A stretch of 64,000 nucleotides of DNA, from assembly GCA_964019425.1 (NCBI GenBank), contig OZ025781.1, positions 868,001 through 932,000 on the forward strand, in the 5' to 3' direction. The DNA is from Flectonema sp. DT1601 (taxonomy: Eukaryota). Position numbers and translations under genes: made by a program. Below are positions 23,701 through 35,008 of the stretch, in pieces (the stretch's first letter is position 1; each line of letters begins with the position of its first letter). Below the pieces are notes generated by a model. It saw only the letters and a list, made by a program, of their open reading frames with translations, was not told the DNA's origin and did no database searches.

Positions 23701-26700
23701 TTATTTTTCAGACTTCTACTGTTGCGTCATGTTCTTGTCGCGAGGTTCACTTTGGGATTGGCTGTCTTCGTATTGTTGATATTTATTCAATTTAATGAGA
23801 AACAACAAAACAGGTTCATTTATGAATGGAGCCGACCTGTCGGTGTCAGCCAACATAACGAAGGACGAGATGCTGACGCCACTTTCCGTCCCGATGACTA
23901 TTTCCTCGGGAGAGTTTGAGTTTATTGGAACTGCTGAGGTCAGTACTGATAATGAAGATGAACCGTGCAAGGCATTTGAAGCAATGGGAGATGTTACTTT
24001 CAGTAAACTGAATACCACTTTTATTAGCGAGCTGCAGTACTTTCGTTGTCTAACAGGACCTACGGAAACTCTTTATGAAATCAATGCGAACGCCGTACTT
24101 CAGGTACCGTATAACGGAATTACATTCAACGATGCGATCACTGGAGAGTTGATGTCAACAGTAGCTGAGCCAACTCAATTCGAAGGGAAACTGACATCAT
24201 CAGCGATGATGTTTGGTAACTCTGCCCTGGCTGAGATTCCAGTATGTTTGTCACCTTTGCTTGGAAATACCCAAAATGGTTTTGGGAAGGATACTTGTGA
24301 ACTTTCTAAAAGAACCTGAGAGAGGGGGGGAGGTCGATGGATCTGTCAGAGTCCCGATAATTTTATTTCTTTTATTTTATCCTTTTCCCGTGTCTTATCA
24401 TAAACATTATCAAACAGGTTATCCGAAGCACCCTTCAAGAAACAAGAATAGGAACCTTCTTTACAACAGCGAATGGATTAATTAGTGGAGACTTGCAATT
24501 CGACCACATCAACGACTGCAATACTCCATCTCCGGGAACTGGAGGTGCTACAGTTCGTATCGCAGGTCTCGAAGCCTTTGCGTTTAGAGGGCCGGTTGAA
24601 CACAACTCCTGCAGTGGTGTTGTAAAAATGTACGGCAAGTACATGAACACTTGGACTGCACAAGATGGGAAGATCTTTCAATGGCTGGAAGTTAATCTTA
24701 CTTCTTCCTCGCATGGAGGAAATCCCATGGCGAGCCTTAGCACTAGAACATGGACCGGCGTGATTACCGCCCACCCTGTTGTCGGGGTATGTTTTTCTTA
24801 TTACTGTTGCTCTACTAGCCTGTTGCTACGAGAGGAAACTGCAAACGATAACTTCAAAAACAGGGTGTATCACAACAATACCTTCTAGACACTACTAACA
24901 TGAATGCTTCTGCAGTAATTATCTGGAATGATCCAGCTGGTTACGTTTCGATTGCCGTAGCGCTGGATGGCTGCAAAGGACAGGGAACACTCGCTGTTAG
25001 AAATCTACCTGGAAACATACCTCCCTTTGAGGTCGGGGTTAATTTTTCGAGACCAGCATGCAATGAAAATGCGTGGAACTTAGCTGGTTTCGGAAGAAAC
25101 CTCGTTATTCCATTTGGGCCTGGCAAGCGACTGACGATCAAATCGCTAGCTGTTGAAATAGCAAATAACAACGCTGATCAGAAAAGTGTCCGCATAACCG
25201 GAGAGATGATGGGTTTTAACGCCGAAATGTCATTTCAGCTGCAGCCGTTTCGCAATTTCAGTCTCGTGGCCCAACCCAACTCGGGAAGTGTAGTCAATTT
25301 GGGTTCAATTTCAAAGGAGTTTGTGTCTCCAATAGGCGCCTCAGTTGGAATAGGTCATCCTGACATCAACTCAGCAATGAATTCTGTTATATTTAGTAAT
25401 GTTGTTCTCGTTGTTAACTTTACTGAGATGTATGCCTACATATCTGCTGATGCTTCGTTTTTCGGTATGCCAGTTGAGATACTAATAGCTGCAGGTGCTG
25501 GTTCTAATAACAAGTGGGGATTTGGTTTTATGATCACAGCAAGAGACCTTTCATCACGTTCTGGAACACCTCCAGTAATTGAGACTATTATCAAGGAATT
25601 GAAATTGCGTTACATTTCCTTCAGCATCTGCAAGCAAGGATTCGAAGTAATGGACATCAGGACCGGGCAGATGATTTCATTTCGCAGCGGCATTAGTATT
25701 CGAACAGTTTTGGGATTCAACTCGCAAGCTGTTGAAGACGTAATGGCTGTTGCACCACAAGACTTGGCGCAGCAAATCAGCGGTTCGAAAGATCCCCACT
25801 CGGGAGGTCTCATTGTCGTCGCTGATATCTTGTCCATCAGCGAAGTTGACGTTTTTGTAATACTGGCGGGTAACATTCCTCTTGGAGGAGATGTTGTTCT
25901 TCGTGAGGTTGCTTTGTGCTTTAAGATATCAATAGTTATGAGTATTGGATTTCTAGTCAAGCTTGACTTCACTCTCGGGGGTACGAATCCTCAGGTATTT
26001 CAAGCTGGAGGTTTTATTTCGATGGATACGACTGGAGCGTTGACAGTTGGTCTTTCAGTAGACAGCAACAAGCCTTGGGATGAGCCGTTTGGCATCTCAG
26101 GAACAAAAATATTATTTCCCGTTGGTATCCAAATGTCGGCTGTCCCAGCTTCCCCAATCGCACTGACCCGATTTTCTATCATCGGGGGAATTCAAGTCGG
26201 TGCTGCTGCTGGGACTGTTGTAATTGGAGCTGATGTTGTGGATTTCAGAAAAAGTGCTTTCAAGGCAGAAGTTAATAATCTAAACGTTCGCATTCTGATT
26301 GAAGAAGTCTGCGGATGCAAAAAGTGTGTCGAAGGACCTGGTGAGGTACTAACTGACAGCTCAGTTGATTTCATGTACGCAAGTTTTAACCCTGACCCTT
26401 TCAACGAAGTTAGAATCCACATTGGAGCTGTTTCTGAACCCATCCCCCCAGGCACTATCGTTAACATTACGAATATGAAAATTATGGGGGCCTTGACAGT
26501 AACAGAAGCAACGTTTAAGTTAGACGCTGAGGGTCTGGAAACCTCCCTTCAGTTACAACCAGTTACTTGGGGTCCGTTAGATATCACTGCGGCGAGTAAC
26601 CCAAATAAAGGACCGAGTTTTCTTGTGAAGCTCACTATTTTTGATAGGATTTTACAAGTTTCAGGACAAGTCCAAGTCCTGGGATTCTCTGCAACCATCG

Positions 26701-27518
26701 ACATGTTATTAAATGAGAAGATAACGAGAGGAAACGTCTCATTCAACATCAATAAGTTTGCTGTGATAGCATCACTCGAATCTACAGGCAAACCTTTATC
26801 TTCTAATCATAAAAGTGTAATTATGGGAAGTTTTGGTAATGATATCAACAGTCAACTGGCTGACGACTCGGCATCAGCAACCGATTCTGACTTGTCTGCA
26901 TCCTACACACGTGAACACAAGAAGGCTCTAAAGGACAAAAAATCGAAGCAAAAGAAATACGATGACGAGAAAAGGGAATACAAGAATAAGAAAGCAGCGT
27001 CCGATAAGAAGATAGACTCCGCCAAGAAAGATCTCCAGAAGAAGGAAAAGAAAAAGAACGATGCCAAATGCCCGAAGTGCAAATCCTTCACCGGCTGTTT
27101 TAAGTCCCTCGGTTGTAATATCGTTAAAACAGCTAAGAAGGCATGGGAAGGGGCGAAGAACACTTTGTCTACACTTGAAAATGATACCAAGAAACTTCTT
27201 GATTCAGCTGAAAAATTAGTAAATGACGCAAAGAGGGAGTTAGACAAAGCAATTGATACTTTAAAGAAGATCGGAGACATGTTGAAAGATTTAAAAAATA
27301 TGATCATCCAGTTTGATAAGAACTTAATAGTCGTCAACGAGGTTGACTTCTCAGCAACTCTCAGCAGAAGTTCAGCTACGGCATCGATAAAAGCTGACAT
27401 CACTGTGGCTGGCAATCGGTTAGTCCTGTCGTACCGCGGAAGGATCTTTCTTGGTGATGTGAGGAAAGCTATCCAAGACAAGGCTACTGATGTTATTAAC
27501 AAGTTAATTAAGAAATAG
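17737..27518 (+). CDS. Giant (~2,890 aa) membrane-anchored protein with LVIVD-type propeller and long beta-rich body, 9 exons (17737-19263, 19341-19846, 20132-20324, 20420-20711, 20796-22595, 22781-23683, 23814-24241, 24418-24786, 24864-27518)
   Basis: Eight GT-AG introns give one 8,673-nt frame. Single N-terminal TM (ILAAVCIITVIIAAVAIYFLA). LVIVD-like repeats (AYLADETAGVRALDITSP, GLHLLNVKDPKNP, GIYIINVSDDQNP). Confidence 0.8.
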
Positions 27519-29526
27519 TTGAGTAGATAGTAGTTCGCAACACGTTGTTCGTTTTTTATTAATTTGTTTTTATTAGTTTCCGTATGTGACTGAAACAATC
27601 CTTGCAAAGCAACGAACGTTTTCTTTTTGTTGTTAAATACTTCTGACGAGCAAGCAACTGCTCCTTTAATGACCAGCGTGCCATTTCTTTTGTACTCCGT
27701 GTTTCTGCTTTCGGATATTTGATAGAATTTATTTGCCTAAACATCTATTATTTATTTGATAACTTTCTTTAAGGCTAATACCAACTATTTGAGAAGTGCT
27801 TCTGCTGAAGTAGTACTGAAGTACTGTCTCGAAGCTGGCTTCCGTTATGTTGGTATTTCTTTGATTTATTTTATTTTTCTTTATTCTGTTACCTCATCTG
27901 AAAAAACTTCACGAGTATTGTTATGATTTGTTTTCTATTGGCATGGTTTGAGTTTTCTCACATTTCGAATGATCTTTGCCCGCGAGTACGCTTGTTTTTT
28001 TTTTTAATTCATAATTGTGTCGTTATTTTGGGGGTGCGCAAAAATAAATCCCTCTCTTTTCCCGCCAATCTTTTATTTTTATTTTTATTTTTTTTATTTT
28101 CGATTTTTTTTGTATCTTGGTAATCCGATGACGGTGGAAGCATTGAGGTTACCAGATCTGTTGATCTGGAATGCCGTAAATAGTCTTCTTGGAATTAAGT
28201 TCTGCAGAATTAGAGATCCTCAAATTTGAAGAGTCTCTAACTAATAAAATAATAATATTGACTGGAATACATTCCTCCAGAACTAACTCATAAGGGCCAA
28301 GGGAGACTAAGCAGGATAGGATTAAAGCCTGAAACTACCTACGTATTCTACAGTTCTAACGAAAGCAATTTATTGTTAATACCAACAATATAGCTAAACG
28401 GTTAGTTTGATGTGTGTTTTTTTTTTTTTTTTTTTTTACGTGTGTCACTTGTGATAATTCACTGCTAATGTACTAAAATTAATTGATACAAACTGTGGCT
28501 ACAAAGGTTCACTATTTCTTTTTAAAAACTAAAACCTAACTCCACACAATTGCATGTCATAAACCAAATCATTACCTTCCGATTTATTGGTTTGAATATT
28601 TGCTGTGTGAAAACTCCTGCTGATACCTAAATATTGGCCACAACCTAACTTCACAGAATAGTGCAAACGTCAAAAAAAAAAGAATGGAACCGAAATGAAC
28701 TTATTTCTTTTGAATTTATTTTTCATAATAGTTACATTAATATAATTACCCTTTGTCGTCTCTTCCCCTTTATTGAATTCAAATCGCTTCGTTTATCGAT
28801 GAAGAGGAAGTTCCTGGTGAGGCAAGAAGCTAGAACCATTTGATAACTGTGTTGTGAAGTGGAGGTGAATTTCTCCTTTCCATCAACCAATACACATAGA
28901 ACTCTATATCTTTCCCCTTCCTCCGTACTTTTATTTTTTGTGCAAAGACCTGCAGTATTCTTCCCAAATAAATCTTTTCGTATCGTATCAAACTTCCCCC
29001 CGTAATAATTAAGGAAAGTAATCTGATGTGGTAAAGTAAGAAATATGTAATGACAGTATTCTGGAAGCTATCCTTCTCACACATGTTCAGTTTAAGGACT
29101 GCGTGTGTCAGCTCTGTTTAGAAACATGTGCTGAAATTCGTTTATTCTTACTTAGGAGAGTTTATAGATGGAGACAACCAAATTACGATTGTTAACTTTC
29201 TATTTTAAGTAGTCCACTAATATCTAACTAATTAGTGAGTCGAAATATCGGATTGACCACTGGAAAGTCTGCACTCATTCTTTTTGCTAATCCTTTCTTT
29301 TTTTGAGATTTTTATTCCATTTTTTGAATTTTCGATAGAAAAATAAATAGTAGTATATCCTTCGTTACTTGATGGATGTGCTAAATAATTTATGTTTTAT
29401 ATTTATTTTTTATTTCCTTTAACATTTTTGCAAAAATAGTTTTCTTTTTTTAATTTTCCTTTAATATTTATTTACCTTTGAAGTGTGAAGGAATAATACT
29501 AACTGCTGACTAACTACTATTTTAAG

Positions 29527-29594
29527 CTGTAACGGGCTACAGGGCATGGGGCGCTCAACCTGTAGTACGTGGCCCCGAATCCCCATATTCGACA
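29527..29594 (+). repeat. Dispersed ~70-bp hairpin-forming repeat A (copy 1)
   Basis: Homologous to the reverse complement of 55957-56026. Confidence 0.85.
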
Positions 29595-30140
29595 GCACAT
29601 ATGGGATTTTTTATCGATACCAACTCCGAACCCTATTCTCGTTTTAGCCGGTTTCAAGTTGCTTTCCATTTAATATTAGTATCAAGTTACACCCCCGAGC
29701 ACTATGATCTACCTCCACTCTCGAGATGAACTAATCGATCCTTTTTACTTTTTTTTAGAACAGTTTAGCTCACTTCTTCCTCTCATATTTGATGTCACTT
29801 AGCTGGATATCAGCTTCTGGTTCTTCTTAAGACCAGCTCTGGCATGTTATCTTTTTATTCCCCATTCTAACTCGTTAACCTGAAAACATCTTTTGACAGG
29901 GTTTCTTTATGCTTCGTATTGCTGCACATGGTAATAGATGCTTACCTAAACCTTTCCCACATACCCAGATTTGAATCAACTGCTAAAAAAGCAGTACCCA
30001 AACTTCAGTAATGAATGGCGAAATGTTCAGCTGACCCAAGTGTTCTGATTACTAGCATGTATATGACTCTATGTTGAACCCCACCTGCAGTTCACACAAA
30101 CTATGTTACTGATACACCTGAAAACTACATATTCTATTAC

Positions 30141-30235
30141 CCTTTGATGTTAGGAAACTGCAGAAATGAATACTTTTCTTTTATTGATCTCTACTTTTCT
30201 TATTCTCACTTTTCTGTTCTAAAATTAATGGTACT
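30141..30235 (+). repeat. Dispersed ~95-bp pyrimidine-rich repeat B (copy 1)
   Basis: Near-identical to the reverse complement of 56029-56123 (CCTTTGATGTTAGGAAACTGCAGAAATGAATAC...). Confidence 0.9.
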
Positions 30236-30515
30236 GATACACCTGAAAACGTTATTTTTGTTGTAAAGCTCCACGAAACGTGGACCGCACATGGACCATT
30301 CAGAATCAAGCAACGAAACTGGAGGAGAAAGAGAAAGACTACACTGATTGATACAAACGACATGTGTGATGTCTGAACATACCTATGCTTGTTGTCATTT
30401 CATTTCCCCACCAGCAAAAAAAGCTATGGAATCAACCCGTACCAGGCAATGTTAGGCAATGTATATTCACACATATTTCAGGCAACACCACCAAAAAAAC
30501 CAAAAAATAATAACT

Positions 30516-31651
30516 ATGACATCTTCGTCAGAGTCAGAGTTAAGTTTCGAACAGCAGGAACTACGAAAAGTGTCAGCGAAACTTGAGATGATCGAAGCAA
30601 TTCAGATGGCAAAACACGAAAACGATCTCAACACGTACAAGCTGAAACTGGAGAAGAAAGAGCAAGACTACAGAGATATATTGAAGAAGCCTACTGAGGT
30701 ATACCTTTTACTTTTTCTTTGTATACCTTTACTTTTTTTCTTACACATGTATCGAGGTTCAAAAAGCAATTTCAGAGAAAAGGTTAAGATCAATCAGTTA
30801 CAGATAATGAACCTTGTCTGAACGGGTCCAACCTTTTTTTGTGTTACTCACCCAATAAATCAATCCCAACAGAAAACACGCAACCAAACCGAACATGAAT
30901 TGCCAGAGGGTTATGAATTGGCACCGGTATTGCGTGCGAGAGGAATCGACCCCACCATATTTAACCGATCGCGCACTGCATCCACAAAAGCAACAGATCT
31001 TTGGCCCTCCTTGATTCCAAATAAATGCGAAGTCTGCGGGGCTACTAAGGGGTTACTCGTGCCCATATTATTCGTGAGAGGAATGATGCTAAGCGACTGC
31101 AGTTAGACTATGACTCTAACAAGAATGTTCTCTTACTTTGTGGGACTAGGGATACATATCGGTCAAAGGATCCTCCGAAATCTTGGAAATGCCATGCGAT
31201 GTTTGACAGAATGATAATGTCATTTCTGCATGTACCTAATGATGAAACCCAGACACAGTTTATTGTGATTGGAGGGCCTCATAACGGCAAGGTGGTGACA
31301 TTCTCCCGCAGTCCACACCGACGTGCGATACATTCTCATTTTGAGCATTGTCGTTTGAATAATAGTTTCCGTCTTGCAGGGGACATAACCGTGAGGCTAG
31401 GGACAGAGGACATGAAACCAACAGACCAAACAATTCAGAACTGGGCCGCCAATGTTACCCCTACTGATGGTCCCACAAAAATAAAGGAATCCAAGAAACA
31501 TGAGGAGAAACGGGTGGATCCCAGCGACCCATCAGCAGGGAAGTTCACTTACAAGGAGTTCATCAACTTCTATGGTCAGAAAGATGGGGCTGCTACATGG
31601 AAAAAGGCAAAACCAAGAATAAGAAAGGGACACAATAAAAAAAAGAAGTGA
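30516..31651 (+). pseudogene. HNH endonuclease-like gene with one frameshift (exons 30516-30698, 30873-31651)
   Basis: Adding one G to the G-run at 31049-31052 gives CEVCGATKGVTRAHII...NVLLLCG...KCHAMFDRMIMSF, an HNH_2-like pattern. Could be a homopolymer sequencing error rather than a true pseudogene. Confidence 0.7.
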
Positions 31652-31864
31652 TGTTAGCATGTTTGATAGTGGAGACAGATACAGCTTACAGTCATAGTAT
31701 GTGGCAATCACCAACAGGCACCAGCTTGTGAATGTCTTCAGTCTTCTGCAGATTTGTGTGTATTTGAAGAAATAATCTTAAGGTTTGGAAACTATGTGAC
31801 TGAATGTTAATCTTTGAATGATCGGAAGTTCTAAGGGATGCCTGTGTTAACTCTTATTTCTCCT

Positions 31865-32406
31865 AGAGATGAGTTGAAAGGATCTTGCTTGTCTTGGATT
31901 CTCATCCGATCTTGTTATGCAGTCATTCTGTCACACTTCTGCCTACCCAAAGCCAGTTGACTTGGAGACCCAGAAAACTCTTCCTGACTTCATCAAGACC
32001 AGAGGTGGAGTATCCCTCCGTCGTGGAGATGGAATTATTCACTCATGGTTGAACAGAATGCTTACTGTTGGAACTGGTGCTGACTCCCACACTAGATTCC
32101 CAATTGGTATTTCATTCCCAGCTGGATCTGGTTTGGTTTTTGGTTGCCTTCGGTGCGGCAACTGGTGTAATAATCCCGCTCGACATGCCTGAGTCCATCC
32201 TCGTCAGATTCACAGGTGAGATGCAGCCAGGTATTTCTTCGTGATTTGGTTCACTCTATCCCACTGGAAGCTATTAAGTCTGGAGACCTTACACGCAGAC
32301 CTTCGAGCTGTCAGATGCCTCTGCTGAGAGATCTGCTGCAGGATGCACTATTAAGTTAGACCAGGAACCAATCATTGAATACTTGAAGTTAAACATTGTT
32401 ATGCTT
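31865..32406 (+). pseudogene. acnB: Decayed internal fragment of bacterial-type aconitase B
   Basis: [88 protein letters not shown]. Several frameshifts and deletions. Confidence 0.9.
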
Positions 32407-32870
32407 GGCTGGTTTCAGAAGGTTTTTACAGATTCATAGTTGGAGGGCAAATTCCGACTGATGGGTTATGTTGCCATTATCACCCAATCGACTTGGCTCG
32501 CTTCGCTCGCGCAAAGTTATTTTTCTTTTTGTTTTTCTGTATGAAATTTGTAATTCTTGTTGTACTAATGCTAGCACGAAAACGACGGCTAGCTTATGAT
32601 ATAAAAGAGTCCATGGTTTCCCCCAATTCCCTTGTAATAATATAACAAAGCCCGCAAACCCGCACTAGAGATAGTTACTCGGGGAGCTCCCTGCATGCAA
32701 TGTGTGGAGAAAGAGGCCATCCCTCCCCCTACCTCTCTGCTTTACTACGTCTTTTTTTGTGTGTGGCATTTCTTTTCTTATATTCTTTTCTTTTCAATCT
32801 TGTTCCTTCACACACGGTTGTTCGAACGGTTGTGAACCACCTTGGGTCCCTTACGGCCCCCAAGCTATAT

Positions 32871-32895
32871 AACGATTCTAAAGCTACAGTTTCTG
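32871..32895 (+). other. Spliced-leader-like sequence (partial)
   Basis: AACGATTCTAAAGCTACAGTTTCTG matches nt 5-29 of the diplonemid SL as I recall it (AACCAACGATTTAAAAGCTACAGTTTCTGTACTTTATTG) with 2 mismatches, including the ACAGTTTCTG core shared with kinetoplastid SL. Confidence 0.7.
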
Positions 32896-34696
32896 ATCCA
32901 AACAAAACGGTGAAAGAGCAGTAAGGTGCGCCCCCCATCAGTCACAACACCTTTTTGAATAACTATGAAGAAGAAGAAGAGTAGGGTCCAGTTGAAGACC
33001 ACAGCTATATCACCACCCAGGTCACCCCGGCTTGGAAATCCTTAATACAACTGACCTAATCGAGCCATTACCATCTACAACCAGTTTGCAAAGCAAACAG
33101 GCTTATCAGCAATCGACCGCCACCAAGTTTGGGAATCCAAACTACGAACCCCGCAAACCCGCAAACTTGAGGGTTCAGACAATCAACATCCGTGTCTCAT
33201 CCAACTGTATGTCACCAGTAGACACAAGTTACTTCGTCCCTACCCCTCAACGAGTCCAGACTGAACCTCAGTCATCAGACTCAACACCATCGTAAAGAGA
33301 TCGGCCTCCTTGCAATGCCACCCCCGACACCTGGTTCCCGTTTTTATATCACAGGACCGAACCTTCATAGGCCCAGCTCTTCCGACATGTGTAAGATCCT
33401 AGTAGGGCAGTGGAAGAAGCAACACACCTCCGAAAGAAAGGGTCCAGAGGGTATTTTGTATAATAGAATAGCAGAGTACAATGCAACAACAGAACGCCGT
33501 ACTCACAGCTGAGGTCACAGGTCTGACAAATCAGACGACTGATTTACTGAAGAACCTTCAGGCAGCACAGAATACTAATATGTCGCAAAAATGGATCAAC
33601 AAGAAAGGATGCAGCAGCAAGTCTCAGAGTTAATTAAGGACAATCAAAAGGCGCAGCTGAAGGCGACATCTCAGGCAGCGGAAAAGGACGCATATCGAAG
33701 AGCTACTTGAACGTCAGGGACAAATGCAGCAACAAATCTCGGAGCTAATGGCCCGATTAGACTCGAATTATCAAAACTCAACATCTGTTCCAACTGCAAC
33801 ACTGCAACAGAACTCGAATATTCCAAGCGCCGATACATCACAGCAGTTGCCATGTATAGAAATTTCTTCGGTGGAGATGAAAGCCCCTCCTAGGAAATCC
33901 AACAACAACTCGATACTGTCGAGGTCCAGGTCAAAATCGTTGATTGGCCGCGAATCGGACATGGCAGCTCAGTTACGGGGCCCTTCTCCCCATACGGTGA
34001 TAGATCTGGGACCCCAGGCAAATCCAGAGGAAGATCGCCTTGCCGAAACCAAAAATCGAAGTAGCAACTACAAACCCATCAACAACCAAGTAAAGAGTAC
34101 CATCTCTCTACTACTGCCAGACGCCGCTTAATTCTGTCTGGTATTGAATTGCCTGGTCCTTTGAGAGTACTATCATGGAACGTTAGATCATTATCTAACA
34201 CTCGAGCAGCTTTGGAGTCAATAGTATCCGCTACTAACCCTGATATTATACCTTCAAGAAACCTGGCTCAATAAAAACAGCTGTGACCTTCTTCACATGA
34301 ATGGATACTCATCACTAAGAAGGGACAGAGTTGTTGGCTCCAAATGTCGTGGTGGTGGTTTGCTCACCTACTTCAAAGACAGTCTGAAAATATCTCGCTT
34401 GCCGGAAACTGCTCCTGATTCCTCAGATATAGAAATTCTTAGTTATAATTTAGCGTCCGCCATGGGGTCCATTACATTTAATAATGTATACATACCTCCA
34501 GGTGTTACAAGCCTGCCGAACATTCGATTTGGGCGATATGGCCTTCGGAGATTTCAATGCTCACCACGAGTCCTGGACAAATAAGGTAACTGTAAGATAC
34601 GCTGGTAACGTAGTAAATAATTGGATTACTGACAACGGTTTGGAGATAACTCAACTCAGACCCACGATCCCCAGACACGGTACGACTCCAGATCTG
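32871..34696 (+). mobile_element. Decayed, 3'-truncated non-LTR retrotransposon (ORF1 remnant, UAG, 2A-like motif, APE remnant); 5' boundary approximate
   Basis: Translated fragments align with the - strand element: FSPYGDRSGTPGKSRGRSP, LRVLSWNVRSL, QETWLN, RGGGLLTYF, GDFNAHHESW, HGTTPDL. Multiple frameshifts. Confidence 0.92.
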
Positions 34697-35008
34697 CTAG
34701 CCGATCACTGTCGCAAAGGGCATCACCAGCGAACGACAGTTCAACTTCCTCCAGATCGACATCCCACTCGCCAGCCGCTGCCGTCAACACGTCGCTCACA
34801 ACAGAATCAGCACCAACTGTGACTGACACCGCAGGGAATCCTAAATCCGGACACGTCACGAAAACTTGCATTGTTGTTATTTTTGCTTGTTTTTTTTAGT
34901 AATCTACTGAAAGAAAAAAAGATTTATTAATCTTGCTGAAGTGTTCCAAACCGCGGCAACAATCGTAAAGTAATAAGGAAAAACTGAAAAGCAGCTTCCA
35001 TTCCTGAA
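34691..35008 (-). pseudogene. 318-bp duplicate of the 5' end and upstream region of the Ubl-LRR gene
   Basis: Same orientation as 57908-58225 with 2 mismatches by eye. Encodes MQVFVTCPDLGFPAV...DRLAD and then breaks off. Confidence 0.95.

Noticed and set aside
1..27518. Prokaryotic operon or bacterial contamination
   Set aside because: Spliceosomal introns and eukaryote-specific genes (USP, DHHC, MYST, PUF) are interleaved with the bacterial-like enzymes.
26903..27607. 234-aa Phe-rich minus-strand ORF
   Set aside because: Antisense shadow of the Lys-rich C-terminus of the giant protein.
27900..29500. Short Phe/Leu-rich ORFs
   Set aside because: Products of T-rich intergenic sequence with no coding signature.
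32843..32930. HDV-like ribozyme as in the L1Tc/ingi 77-nt signature
   Set aside because: Too few bases between the candidate P2 and P1 3' strands for P3/L3. No hammerhead CUGANGA core either.
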